This document shows, one piece after another, positions 50,494-63,068 of a stretch of DNA of 64,000 bases; the stretch's first letter is position 1, and each line of letters begins with the position of its first letter. The notes under the pieces are model-generated. The model did not search any database. It saw nothing but the letters and a program-made list of their open reading frames with translations, and was not told the DNA's origin. Both the position numbers and the translations under genes were made by a program. Source of the stretch: Malacoraja senta (taxonomy: Eukaryota); contig CM075991.1 in NCBI GenBank assembly GCA_038087875.1, forward strand, positions 3,720,001 through 3,784,000, written 5' to 3'.

Positions 50494-51115
50494 CTGGGGA
50501 ATAGATCAGGGAAGCAATGATGAACAATTCGGAACATGTGTCTCAGCCCCAGGGACGTGGGTTCGACCCTGACCTCGGCTTCTGTGTGTGTGGAGTTTGT
50601 ACGTTCTCCCTGTGATTGCCTGGGTTATTTTCGTGGATGCTGAACTTTCCTCCCACATCCCAGAGTAAGGAACTTTTTCATACCCCGAGCGTACTGGTGG
50701 AGAACAATAGCTAGGTCCAACGACAATGCGGGTGGGATGATGCAGGATTAATGCATGGTCTGAGTAAGCGCTGTGAATCCTCCCTCTCTCTCTCCCTCTC
50801 CCTCTCCCTCGCCCTCTCCCTCTCCCTCTCCCTCCCTCCTTGTAGAATAATCCTAACCTCGTTTACTGTCCGCGTGGAGATCGCAATTGTTACCCCGCTA
50901 CAACGTACGTTTCATTCATGTGCCAGGACCGCACATTGGTGATGAATTTGCCAATGCAGTTTGTCCCGAGAGTTCAGGCGACTGAAGAATTCAAAACAAG
51001 GACACAAAGTACTGAAGCAACTCAGCGGGCCAGGCAGCACCTCTGGATTGTTCGAGTCGATCGCAGTCAGTGGACCCAGCCTGGGAGCGGCCGGAGATGC
51101 GGTCACTCGGACAAT

Positions 51116-52356
51116 ACATAATAGACAATAGACAATAGAAAGCAGGTGCAGGAGTAGGTCATTCTGCCCTTCTAGCCAGCACCGCCATTCATTGTAATCA
51201 TGGCTGATCATCCACAGTACCCCGTTCCTGCCTTCACCCCATATCTCTTGACTCCGCTAGCGTTAAGAGCTCTATCGAACTCTCTCATGAAAGCATCCAG
51301 TCAATTGGCCTCCATCTGAGGCAGAGAATTCCACAGATTCACAACTCTCTGGGTGAAAAAGTCGTTCCTCATTTCCGTTCTAAATTGTCTACCCCTTTAT
51401 GTTAAACCGGATTCCTGGTTCTGGACTCCCCCAACATCGGATACATGCCTCTAACGTGTCCAGTCCGTTAATAATCTTCCATGTTTCATTACGATTCCCT
51501 CTCATCCTTCTAAATTCCAGTGTATACAAGTCCAGTCGCTCCATTCTTTCAATAAATGACAGTCCAGCCATCCCGGGAATTAACCCCATGCATCCTGGGG
51601 GCATGAACATTGAATTTTCCCAATTTTGCTAGCCCTTGCTGTGTCCTCCCCTTCCTCAGCCCTCTGGTTGTCTCCTCCCATCCCTCAGCCCTCGGGCTCC
51701 TCCTCCGCCTTTTTCCTCTCTTCTCCCCACCCCTGAAGAAGGGTTTCGGCCCGAAACGTTCCCTATTTCCTTCGCTCCATAGATGCTGCTGCACCCGCCG
51801 AGTTTCTCCAGCATTTTTGTGTACCATTAACCTCATGAACCTACGCTGCACTCCCTGAATAGCAAGAATGTCCTTCCTCAGACTTGGAGACCAAAACTGC
51901 ACTCGATATTTTGTCACTAAGGCCCTGTACAACTGTAGAACGACGTCTTTGCTCCTCTACTCAACTCCTCTAGGTATGAAGCCCAACATGCCATTAGGTT
52001 TCTTCACTGCCTGCAGTACCTGCATGCTTACCTTCAGTGACTGGTGAACTGATGAACAAGGACACCCACATCTCGTTCTACTTCCCCTTTTCCTAACATG
52101 ACACTATTCAGATAATAACTTGCCTTCCCGTTTTTTTGGCAGCAAAGTGGATAAGCTAACATTTATCCACATCAAACTGCATCTGCCATGCATCTGCTCA
52201 CTCATCCAACCTGCAAGTCACCCTGCAACCTCAGAGCATCCTCGTCACTGTTCACACTGCCACCCAGCTTTGTGTCATCCGCAACTTTGCTAATGTTTCT
52301 ACCAATCCCCTCATCTATGTATATTGTAAATAGCTGCGGTCCCAGCACCGAGCCCG
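51116..52356 (-). mobile_element. CR1 LINE 3' portion inserted in MSMB-A intron 3, with nested Penelope fragment (~51585-51825)
   Basis: GSVLGPQLFTIYI..ISKVADDTKLGG..VQFWSP; absent at the homologous position of copy C. Confidence 0.88.
51733..51760 (+). ncRNA. Minimal type I hammerhead ribozyme motif in a Penelope-derived repeat
   Basis: CTGAAGA-A-GGGT(TTCG)GCCC-GAAAC-GTT; related copies at 18190-18217 (-), 24566-24593, ~30475, ~49855, ~53682. Confidence 0.6.
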
Positions 52357-52767
52357 AGAAGTCACTTGTCCATGTTCTCCAGAAATGCGGCCTGACCCAG
52401 TGCAATGAAGGCCCCGTGCCAGTGCAGTGTGATCCTTTGGTTTGCTTCGACTGCACTTTGAAGTCCTTCATTCAACCTCTTCCCTCCTTCTCCCCCTCCC
52501 TCCCTCACTCCCTCCCTCCGCCAAGCCTACCCCGCCGATACCCACACAGAACCATATCCCGGGCGAAGTTTCCCCGTGAATCGGGTTTGGTACAGAGATG
52601 GAGAGAGCCGGTGGCCGGGCCGTTCCGTCTCCTGTTGCCGTCAATTCCCAACCCATCGCCAGTCAAACGGCTCACACCACGGCATCGGCGATACCCCCTT
52701 GAGCCTGCGACGCCAGTTCAGCCGTCGGGGTCAGATCCTGTGAGCTAAACGGCGGATGATTACTTAC

Positions 52768-52885
52768 CGTTCGCAGCAATTATAGCCTCCTTGCGCACAC
52801 ACGCACTCCCAGCAGTTGGAGCTAAACCAACCTTCTCCGAATTCATGATAGGTTCCGTCATTTAGGTCAAAGCATACGCCCCTAC
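52768..52885 (-). CDS. MSMB: MSMB-like gene A exon 3
   Basis: GRGVCFDLNDGTYHEFGEGWFSSNCWECVCAQGGYNCCER; ccaacag / gtaagt; 118 nt. Confidence 0.93.
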
Positions 52886-54299
52886 CTGTTGGTGACAAAG
52901 ACAGCGGGTGGTCAATGTCCCGTCAAGGAGTGGAGTGACCCGAGAGGGTGGCGGGGTAGTGGTGTTGACTCAGTACAAACGCACCCTGGAAATGAGCCAT
53001 TCTGACCATTGGGAAGAGCCAGCGTCTGTCCACGTGTGTACTGACCCGGACCTGGCACTTGGCTGCACGGTCCCGTTTCACCCGGGTTCTGACAGCAGCG
53101 CCCGACCCAGCACCCAGCGCTCACTCCATATATTTTTTAAATTAAAAGGAACGTATTCAGCTATCTGCAGAAGTATTTATGCATGGAATTATACCAAAAC
53201 ACCCACCGCCATAACATCAATAGATCACAATAGCCACTGTCAATAGATCACAACCTACTATTAAATTACTATGTTACAATCCTGAGCCAGGAGACAGTCA
53301 GTCCCTCGAGGCGCCCATCATTCCTGGAACGCCTCCCTGGTGCTAGTGGACACATTTTTTTCCCAAGGGACATCTAGTCGCGGACCTAAGCTCGCCAAAG
53401 GTACAGTCAGTCGGCTCTGGTGGAATCCTCGTCTGCCTGGCGCCGTGAGCCGTGGCCAGGCCCAGTAACAAACCAACCAGATCCTCCGCTAATCTACCCA
53501 CTTCCCTCGGTACTGGGTGCACAAAGATCTGTATGGTGGGACTGAAGCGGAGCCATAAAGCAGGGAGCAGCTCATTCAAGTAGCTCGCTCCATAATTGTG
53601 TCAGAAGAAACTGCAGATACCTGTTTACACTGAAGATTGACATAAAATGGTGGAGTGACACTGCGGGTCAGGGGATCATGTCTGAAGAATGGTCTCGACC
53701 CGAATCGTCACCTATTCCTTTTCTGCAGAGATGCTGCCTGAGCCGCTGAGTTACACCAGCAATTTGTGTCTATCACGAAGGATTCGCCGCGCCCCTGGTT
53801 ACAGTGAGAACCCTGGCCCACTGGGATCTCCAATATCCATCTAGGCTGTGGGTGCCGGGACCAGTCAATGGTTTGGGATGAACCAGGCAAAATCCGTTTC
53901 GCGGCCAATGAGGTGTCGCCATTGTTGTAGGGAGCGTGGCTTCCATTGATTACACGGCATGATCCCACAGAGCACAGTGATGAGCCTCTGATGACCAGTT
54001 CTATCAACAGCAGTTGAGGGTCAAATATTGGTCAGTGTACAGGGGCAACTGCACTTCATTCTGAGGAGATCCTTCACTCCAACCGTGGAGAAGGTTTAGT
54101 GCCTCAGCTGAAGTGCGGCAGAGGAGCACGCTTTAAGCTGGGGATTGGTCGGGGCATCAACCTGCACCACCCTCAGGCTCCTGCCCGACCGAGGAGCAGG
54201 CGGGGAGCCAAGGGTGACCATCCATGGGAATAATTAGTCCCTGCTGTCGGCCGAGTCTCACTGTTGGATTCGAGAGAGAAATTTACATTGATAGATTAC

Positions 54300-54384
54300 C
54301 GACTGTGTTCTGTGGCTGAAAGAAGCAGGCGGATTCCGACAGCTGAGCCCCGAGAAGCAGCAGAGCGATGCACGGTAGGTGTTT
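54300..54384 (-). CDS. MSMB: MSMB-like gene A exon 2 (signal peptide + first Cys)
   Basis: tttctctccgcag acceptor; KHLPCIALLLLGAQLSESACFFQPQNTV; G|gtaatc; 85 nt. Confidence 0.9.
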
Positions 54385-54565
54385 CTGCGGAGAGAAAGGG
54401 AAAGAGAGAGAGACCTTGACAGGCGACGTGGTCAAGTAACTAACACTGGAACATGTCCCTGACACTGTCACCTCGGAAGGCGGCTGTGCAGCGACTCAAA
54501 GCCGCGTTGGGTTATTTATTGAAAACCAAGCAACAGTCAGGTGCACAAAGCTGATCCTTACGTAC

Positions 54566-54568
54566 CAT
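54566..54568 (-). CDS. MSMB: MSMB-like gene A exon 1 coding part (ATG only)
   Basis: gagatcATG|gtacgt on minus strand. Confidence 0.8.
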
Positions 54569-54999
54569 GATCTCCGAACCAGACCGATTCGCCCTCGTGA
54601 ATGAGCGGACAGCCTCTGTCCCGCTGCCACCGCCTGCAGACTTCATTCTCCGCACTCGAGAATCTGCTTTCCAAACTTCGCTTACACTGCCTGTGTCCTA
54701 TCCATTCAGAAAGGAGGTGGAGTTCCGCTGGTCCAACCTTCCACTTCACTGGTCTCCGCAACCAGCATATCATCCTTAAAGTCATAAAGCACCGAAGCTG
54801 AGCATGCCTCAAAAACATACTATCTCTACGCTAGTCCCACCTGCAAGTGTTTAGCCCAAGTACGTCTAAACCTTTCCTATCCACGGTCACGTCCAAATGT
54901 CTGTAATGCTATTGTGCGAACACCTCTCATGTCCCACTCTCTATCTGTAATTGCTGCTGCTACAAGTTACGCTTTGTTCTGCCCCCCTCCTCTTCCAGT

Positions 55000-55518
55000 G
55001 ACTGAGGGTAGGGGGGAAGAGAGGGAGGGAGAAGTGAGGGAAGGAATTGGAGAGGGAAGGAGCAGAGGGGAAAGAAGAGGGAGGGTGAACAGGGGGAGGG
55101 GGGAGAGTGCTGGGGGATGGGGGAGGGGAGGAAGAGGGATGACGAGGTAATGGAGGAGGGGAGGGGGGAAGAGGGAGGAGGGGAGGGATGGTGTGAGATG
55201 AGGAAGCAGAGGAGGGTTGGTGGAGGGTGGGGAGAAGGATGATGATGGAAGAGCGGAATAAGGGACTGAAGAATCGTTCAGGTTGATCTTATATCTTACC
55301 AGTTATTGCCATTTTGAACTTTAAAAACGTCGCAGTCGCGCTCCCACTTGCAGTTGGGCGGGATGGGGGGGGGGGGGTTGCCGTGACTCGCTTCACAACG
55401 GGGATCTCTGGCGTCACAACGGGAACCCGTCAGCCGCGCCTGTGCATTTGGGGGCTATGGGTCGGTGTTGGAATATTGCATTGCGGAACTGGCCCAACGG
55501 GTCCGCACCTGGTCTAGT
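55000..55518 (+). mobile_element. Putative non-autonomous Helitron-like element with GA-rich interior
   Basis: 3' GC-rich hairpin ggcccaacgggtcc followed by CTAG|T. Confidence 0.45.
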
Positions 55519-56129
55519 GTCCACTAAAGATATTAGATTCCTATCATGACCCTAGAGATACCTTTAGCTGCTCGTAATGGAGCAGTCCCCCTCATCCGTG
55601 GAATCAGCCCAATGAATCTCTTCTGGAGAAATCTCGTCCAAAGTCAGGATCTCCTTGAATAATGCAACCAAAACTCTGTACAATATTCCAGATATTATGT
55701 GCAATAGTTCATACACCTCCCCATTTCTAAGCTCCAACTTCCTTGGAAAATCTGCCAACATGCCGTTTATCTTTTTAAACAGTTGTTGTACTAACGTTTG
55801 GCAATTTATGGACGCAGGGATCCCACTCAATTTGGTCATCTGTCTATGATTTTAATTAAATGATTGCCTGCCATTGCATGCACCTGACCAAAAAATACAT
55901 AAGCTCACAATCCCCACATTAAGCTGCACTTGCCATTGTTTCGGCCGCTCACTCAACTCGCCTTAAGATAAACATGCAGGCCCAGCAGACAATTTTGGTG
56001 GGATATGGACCAAACGCAGGCACGTGGGGCAAGTGTGGCTGTAACATGTTAGCCGGTGTGGGAATGTTGGGCCGAATGGACTGTTTCCACACAATATCAC
56101 TATGACTCTAATTATAACGGCAGTTATAA

Positions 56130-56460
56130 GAGACCGAGGTCGATGAGCGACGTGGTCAAGTAACTAACGCTGCAACATGTACCTGTCACCGTCACCTTGG
56201 AGGGGGGGGGGGGTGGAATGTTCCCTGACTCAAAGCTTCGCTGATCTATCTACACAAGACCAAGCTGGCCCATTCATTTGTACCTTGATGTCTCAACCAG
56301 GCTGGTCACCGTCACTGTTTGCTCTGAGGGGGGGGGGATGTCCAGCGACAATCTCCGCCCGGATGGCAGCGCCTGCAGCCCTTTATTCTCCAGTCTCGAG
56401 AACGGGTCTCTCAACTTCACGGACACAAGCCGTTTCGCTGCATGTCTTCTATCTACTCGG
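56130..56460 (-). pseudogene. MSMB-like promoter/exon 1/intron 1 relic E (ATG appears as AAG at 56284-56286)
   Basis: Shares gcgacgtggtcaagtaactaac..caacatgt.cctgtcac and ttctcc...ctcgagaa blocks with genes A and B. Confidence 0.6.
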
Positions 56461-56568
56461 AACTGCGGTAACTTTCATCCCAATAGCGCCCACAACCAGC
56501 ACGTCATCATCTCCACCCCTGTCAGCTCCAACCGGATCTCTGCCCCTCTCCAACGCCACACCCTTCCC

Positions 56569-56602
<34 letters not shown>

Positions 56603-57360
56603 TTGTTGAATAAATCTGACCGCAGTTACTGTCTGTGTGGAGATTGCAATTTTCCTGCCACCACGTGAGTTTCCTCCGTGTGCTCTGACTACAAGGGTCT
56701 GCAGACTGGTGATGAATTTGCCATTGCAGTTTGCCTTGTGTTCAAAGCAGTTGAGAAAACTGACGGGAATGTTTGGAGACTTTTTTAAGACTGGTTGGGA
56801 ATTTTTTTTAAAGGATATAAAATGCTGGAGTGACTCTGCGGGTCAGGCAGCAGCTCTGTTGAGCAAGCGCAAGCGAATTACCGAGCTGGTTACAGTCGGT
56901 GGACCCGGCCTGAGAGCGGCCGGAGATGCGGTCACTCGGACGATGGGTCACATCTAGAAATGTCCACTTATATGTTCTCCAGAGATGCGGCCTGACCCAG
57001 CGCACTGATGGGCCCGTGCCGTGTGAATCTAAGGTTTGCTGCGACGCCTTTTACAGTCCTTCATGTAATCTCTTCCGTCCTACCCCCTGTCTTTCCCTCC
57101 CTCCCTACCTCCGCCAAGCCTTCCCCAATGATCACCACCCAGAATCAGATCCCGGCCGAAGCTTCCCCGTGTATCGGGATTTGGTACATTGATGTAGAGA
57201 GCCCGTGGTCAGGACCATTCCGTCTACTATGCGCGTCAATTCTCAACCCCTCGCCAATCCACAAGGCTCACACCCTGGCATCTGCGACGCCAACCCAACC
57301 CATGCGTGCAGGTTCAACCGTCGCGGTCAGATCCTGTGAGTTAAAAGGCGGATGACTTAC

Positions 57361-57478
57361 CGTTCGCAGCATTTATAACCCGTGCGCGCACACACGCACA
57401 GCCAGCAGTTAGTGTTCTTCCAATTTTCACCGAATTGATGAGTCGTTCCGTCGTTTGTGTCAACGCACGTGCCCTTAG
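57361..57478 (-). pseudogene. MSMB-like copy C, orphan exon 3 with flanking introns (~56600-58100)
   Basis: KGTCVDTNDGTTHQFGENWKNTNCWLCVCARTGYKCCER; ccgacag / gtaagt; exons 2 and 4 not found at the homologous positions. Confidence 0.85.
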
Positions 57479-58574
57479 CTGTCGGTGACAAAGACAGCGG
57501 GTGGTCAGTGTCCCTTCGGGGAGTGGAGTGACCCGGGGGAGGTGGCAGGATCGTGGTGTTGGCTCAATATCAACGCACCCTGGAAATGAGCCATTCAGAC
57601 CACTGGGAAGAGCCAGGGTCCGTCCAGGTGTGTACTGACCCGGACCTGGCACTTGGCTGCACGGCAGCGTTTCACCTTGGTTCCGAGAACGGCTCCCGGG
57701 TGAAACGGTACCGGGTAACATTAAATATACCCAGCTACGTACAGAAGTATCTATGCATACCTTGTTATGGAGGTCGGTAACAAAACACCGACCTCCATAT
57801 CATGAGACGGTCAAAGATCACAAACAGAAATCAAATTACGATGTTACAATCTTGATCCAGGTGACAGTCAGTCCCTCTCGGCTCCCAGCGGTCCTGGATC
57901 ACCTCTCTGGTGCCAGTGGGCACTGCGTGTTCTTTTTCAAGGGAACAGCCGGGCGCGGACGTTAGCTTGAAAAAGTGGCAGGCAATCGGCTCTGATGGAG
58001 ACTTCGTCTGCAGGACGCCGTGACCCGCACATGATTAGTTTTGCGCAAACCAACCAGATCCTCCTCTGATCTACCCACTCCCCTCCGCACGAGGTGCAGA
58101 CAGATTTTGGATTTAGTGTTGTGTGATGAACCGGATTTGGTAAGGGAACTCGAGGTAGAGTTCAAGAAGGGCAAGAGGCAGGAAAGGACACGCTAGAGCC
58201 AGGAAACACCTTCCCGATGTTGAGGGAGTCCGGAACCAGGAGACACAGTTTAAAAATAAGGGAAAACCCATTTAGAACGGAGATGAGGAAAAACCTTTTC
58301 ACACAGAATAGTTTTTCACGTTGCAATAGTCCCTGCTTCAACTACTACCTCTGGCAGCTTGTTCCATACACGCACCGTCCTTCGTGTGAAAGGGTTACCC
58401 ATCAGGTTTCTATCAAATCTTTCTCCCTTCACCTTCAACCGAGGTCCGCTGCTTCTCCATTCCCCCACTCTGGGCAAGATAATCCGTGCGTCTATGCGAT
58501 CTATTCTTCTCATGATTTTATCTATATTACTAAAAGTCTCATCTTAACCACTTCCTGTTGCTCTGTATATTGAT

Positions 58575-59927
58575 TTTAGAAAAAATGCTGCCACTTACGG
58601 CTGTGATCTTTGGCCATCTTACTCAGAGTCCCCCTCCGCTGCGCAGGACAAGAGGATTTTCCCATTGATGAAGAATAAAAGAGTTATTCGTGTTTAAAAA
58701 ATGTTGAGATTCTCTCTCCTGAAGGCCACGCCCCTTCCGGAGGGACTATAAAACCCGGAAGTGTGGAGGTGCCTCAGTTCTCTGCAAGATGGGGGAGCGA
58801 GTGGTCGCAATTCTCAGTCTGAGCTGTGAATAACACTGAACACATGTCTACTAAACTGTGAGTGGTTTTAATAACCTGTCAGTGCCCTTAATGTGGGTTG
58901 AAAATGTAGTTTGAAAGTGCTAAAGCTGTGTTGCCTTTGGTTTGAAAGTGCTAAAGCTGTGTTGCCTTTGGTTTGAAAGTGCTAAAGCTGTGTTGCCTTT
59001 GGTTTGAAAATGCTAAAGCTGTGTTGCCTTTGGTTTGAAAGTGCTGAAGCTGTGTTGCCTTTGGTTTGAAAGTGCTAAAGCTGTGTTGCCTTTGGTTTGA
59101 AAGTGCTAAAGCTGTGTTGCCTTTGGTTTGAAAGTGCTGAAGCTGTGATGCCTTTGAATTGAAAGTGCTGAAGCTGCGTTGCCCTTGGTTTGAAAGTGCT
59201 AAACTGCTTTAGTTTGAAAGTACTAAAGCTGCCTTGCATAATTAAAGCTGCCTTGCCTAATTAAAGCTGCCTTGCCTAATTAAAGCTGCCTTTGGCCATC
59301 TTACTCAGTCCCCCTCCGCTCATCAGGTGCCGAGGATTTTTCCCATCGATGAAAAATAAAAGAGTTATTAGTGTTTAAAAATTGTTGAGATTCTCTCTCC
59401 TGTCAATCACGCCATAAAGGCAACGCCCCTTCTGGTGGGAGGGGGGGGACTATAAAACACGGAAGTGTGGGCGTGGCTCAGTCTCTGCAAGATGGCGGAG
59501 GGAGAGGTCATGACTCGCTGTCTTTAGTGGCCTTGCACCCTGCTTGAAATAGTATGAAACTGCACTTGAATTTGGTGGCCTTGAACCCTGCTTGAAGTGG
59601 TATGAAACTGCACTTGAATTTGGTGGCCTTGCACCCTGCTTGAAATGGAATTTCAAGGAATAGCCGTGAGTCAACTGCCAGCCCACCAGCCGTGAGTGAG
59701 TGAGCTGCCAGCACAACAGGCTTGAGTGACTGAGCCGTCAGCCCAAGAATCCATTCGGACCACAATGTCCATACTAGCCATCTGGAAACCAGTCCCTTCA
59801 GCGCACAGCACCCATACTAGCGGTACAGAAAGACCCCCCACTGCACTGCCCACCAATATTGGAATTGGTGGAGAGGTGGAATATTGCGTTGGGGGACCAG
59901 CCCTCCCGTGTGATGCATAGTCTAGTA
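58575..59927 (+). mobile_element. Composite minisatellite-carrying element (Helitron-like end)
   Basis: ~200-bp direct repeat (58607-58800 / 59290-59505), three internal tandem arrays, ends tagtCTAG|T; splits sequence that is contiguous at ~44050. Confidence 0.45.
58910..59225. repeat. 31-bp minisatellite, ~10 copies; also 19-bp x4 (59224-59290) and 48-bp x2.5 (59527-59645)
   Basis: (taaagctgtgttgcctttggtttgaaagtgc)n directly adjacent, no spacers. Confidence 0.95.
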
Positions 59928-61065
59928 CACCACTATAAAATCACCCCCTCATCCTCCTGCGCTCCAAGGAATAGATTGCCAGCCAGCTCAAACTTTCCCA
60001 ATTAAATTGCATTAAATTCCATCAACCATTCCTCAGCCCACCTGGCCAACAGATCACGATCCTGCTGCAATTGTGCCTATCCATGTTTGTCAGAGATTCT
60101 ACCTGACCCATTGAGTTACTCCAGCAATTTGTCTCCTTTTTTTTGTCTTTTAAATGGCATTATGGCACCTGCATGAGCTACCTCCTCTGGCAGCTCTTTC
60201 CATATACCCGCCGACTTCTGGGAGAAAAAGATTCGTGTTAGATGTTGTCTCTCTTTCCTTAATACTTGATATTTCCTTATGTCCTTGAGACTTTCCTTAT
60301 GTACTTGATACTTCTTCTCTGGGTAAAATCCTCTGTGTATCCATCCTATTTCACTTATGATTGTATACACCTCTACACGTTCACGCGTCAGCCTCCTGTG
60401 CTCCAAATGCTACAGTCCTAGCCTGCCCCCCCCCCTCCCCTTATAGCTCAGGCCTTTGTGTCCCGCCAAAGTCCTTACGAAATTGTTCTGCTATCTTTCC
60501 AGCTTCATGACATCCTTCCTATGATCTAACGATGACCAAAACTGGACACAATACACCAAACGCGATCTCACTAAAGTGTTGTTGAACTGAAACGTAACAT
60601 CCTAACTTCTATACTCAATAACCTGAATGAAAAGTACAATAATTCGAAAACCCACGACGTTTAACCATCTACATTTGACGCCACTTTCAGGGTTTTGTGG
60701 ACCTGCATTCCTAGATTTATGTGCTTTTTCCTTCTCCACATCTGGCAGTTCCAAGGCCATCTCACCACCAACCACATCTTCCCACCCCATCGCCACCCCT
60801 TCCTGCTTCCCGCATGGCCAATTCCCTTCCTAACTCAGATCTCTGCTCATCTCGTCCCACTCTCCCCACCTGACCCCGGGCATCTTTCGTCACAAACTTT
60901 GAGAACGCATCACTTGAAACTGCACCTCTCCCTCATCAAAGTTCAGAGTCCTAAACAGGTCTTCTCACGTGCATCTCCCCCAACCTGGCGCGTTCATCCA
61001 TCTAGCATCGACCAATACCACACAGGAACAGGTTTTCGCCCAACAATGTCTGTGCTAAATTTGAT

Positions 61066-61215
61066 GCCTACCATGATCTCCCAATCAGGCCGCTTCTCCC
61101 CAGTGTCTGAGCGGGACCTCCTCCCCAATGGCACCGCCGGCAGCCTGTTATTCTTCGGCCTCGAGAACCGGACTTTCAACTTTAGCTTAAGATCCATGTG
61201 TCCTATCTACTCACA
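61066..61215 (-). pseudogene. MSMB-like promoter/exon 1 relic D (ATG 61072-61074)
   Basis: gagatcATG|gtaggc plus upstream similarity to exon 1/promoter of A and B; no exon 2 adjacent. Confidence 0.6.
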
Positions 61216-62397
61216 AGGTCGGCGGATTTCTGGTCCCACCTTTCAACCCAATAGCCCCCACAAGCAACACATCATCCTTGTCCACCTCTGCCAGTTCCAA
61301 CGGGATCTCACCCCCAGCCCAATCACCCACTCCCCTGCCCTTTCTGCTTTCCGCGGGGACCACACTCTTCCTGACTCACAAATCTGTTCATCCCCTCCAA
61401 CCCTCCCCTCCTGACACTTGGAACTTTCCTCTGCATACAGATACACTGCAATACTGAGACCCTGCCCCTCCTCACACATCAACATGTAGGGTCAAGACAG
61501 TCTTTTGCAGGTGGGGCATAATGGTCGGACGGGATAATGTTAAGGGACATATCGGTCCTGTTTCTCAGGCACAAATAGCGCCAGATGTCTGGAACCCGGT
61601 GCCAGGGGCAAGTGTTGGGATCAGCCTTGATTTTGTTTTTTTTAAGATGCTTTCGATGGGCGCGTGCGTATGCAGGAAATAGATGGATGTTGATCACATG
61701 TAGGCAGAAAGGATTGGATTATGAAGGCATCGTGTTTGGCACAGACATTGTGGGCCGAAAGCCAGTTCCTGTGTTGTATTGGTTGATGTTCCATGAACAA
61801 ACACGCAACGTTGGGAGAGATGCACGTGAGTCTCCGCCTCGCCTGAGAAGAGATGTTTTGGTTCCTGAACGGTGATTAGGGAGGAGGTGCAGTTTCAAGT
61901 TTTGCATTCTCTACGTTCATAGCGAGACGTGCCAGGAGGCAGATGGGGAGGGTGGCATCAGATGACCAGACTGTGATAAAATGATAAGGGGGGGTGAGAT
62001 AGGATGGATGCGCAAAGAATGTTACCCAAAGTAGGGATATGAAGAACCTGACGACATAGGTTTAAGGACACAGGGACGAAATCTAACAGGAACCTGAGTG
62101 TTAACCTTGTTACGACGAGGGCTGTGGGTACATGGAACGTGTTACCAGAGGAGGTAGTGATGCATGTAATATCACGTGATTTTTAAGGCAAACAAAAAGA
62201 CAAAGTGCTGGAGTAACTCAATGGATCGGAGAGCATCATTGGTTGATGGAAATTAATGTAATTTAATAGGATGTGGTTGAGCAGCCTGGGAGTCTATTCC
62301 TTAGGGCGCAGGAGGATGAGGGGGTGATCATATAGAGGTGTATAAAATCATGAGAGGATAGACGCAGGGATTCTCTTGCCCCAGGGTGGGGGAACAG

Positions 62398-63068
62398 AAA
62401 CATGGGAACATAGAAAATATGTGCAGGAGTCGGCCATTCGGCCCTTCGAGCCAGCAGCGCCATTCAACACGATCAAGGCTGATCACCAAAATTAGTAGCC
62501 CTTTCCTGCTTTCTCCCCATATCCCTTGATTCCGCTAGCCCTAAGACCTATATCTAACTCTCTTTAAAACATCCAGTGAATTGGCCTCCATTGCCTTCTG
62601 TGGCAGAGAATTCCACAGATTGACAACTCACTGGGTGAAAATGGTTTTCCTCATCTCAGCCCTAAATGCCATACCAATTATTCTTAAACTGTGACCCCTG
62701 GTTGTCGACTCCCCCAACATCGGGAACATTTTTCATGCATCTCGCCTGTCCAATACCTTTAGAATTTTATATGTTTCTAAAATATCCAATCTCATCCGTC
62801 TAACTTCCAGTGAATATAAGCGCAGTCGATCCATTATTTCATCACATGTCAGTCCCGCCATCCCGGGAATAACCTGGTGAAACGACGCTGCACTGCCTCA
62901 ATAGCAAGAATGTCCTTCCTCAAATTAGGAGACCCAAATTGCACACTCCAGATGTAGTCTCACCAGGACCCTGTACAACTGCAGTAGCACCTCATTGATC
63001 CTATACTCAAGTCCTCTCGTTATGAAGGCCAACGTGCCATTTGCTTTCTTCACAGCCTGCTCTACCTG
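62398..63068 (-). mobile_element. CR1 LINE 3' fragment
   Basis: Same family as 25317-26145; other short tails at 4325-4418, 17600-17765, 18345-18660, 29080-29260, 38650-39015. Confidence 0.85.

Larger units (their letters stand above)
50364..54568 (-). other. MSMB: Complete beta-microseminoprotein (PSP94/MSMB)-like gene A, 4 exons, 111 aa secreted protein
   Basis: Spliced product MKHLPCIALLLLGAQLSES-ACFFQPQNTVGRGVCFDLNDGTYHEFGEGWFSSNCWECVCAQGGYNCCERYFMPLGVPEDCVITFDIHTCSFQVNLKNDRAVECVIDGVVGK; 10 mature Cys in PSP94 spacing; Met-only first coding exon; intron phases 0/1/2. Confidence 0.92.

Noticed and set aside
52912..53124. Minus-strand frames reading QVPGPGQY (STPG/ODF3-like) or SQWSEW (cytokine-receptor-like), also at 57560-57700
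   Set aside because: Lies in MSMB intron 2; stops and indels differ between the two copies; no splice signals frame it
56170..56200. KVTVTG|gt resembling an antigen-receptor J segment on the minus strand
   Set aside because: No FGxG/WGxG and no recombination signal sequence; it is MSMB intron 1 sequence
58910..59225. 31-bp repeats as a CRISPR array
   Set aside because: Units are directly adjacent with no unique spacers, there are no cas genes, and the context is vertebrate
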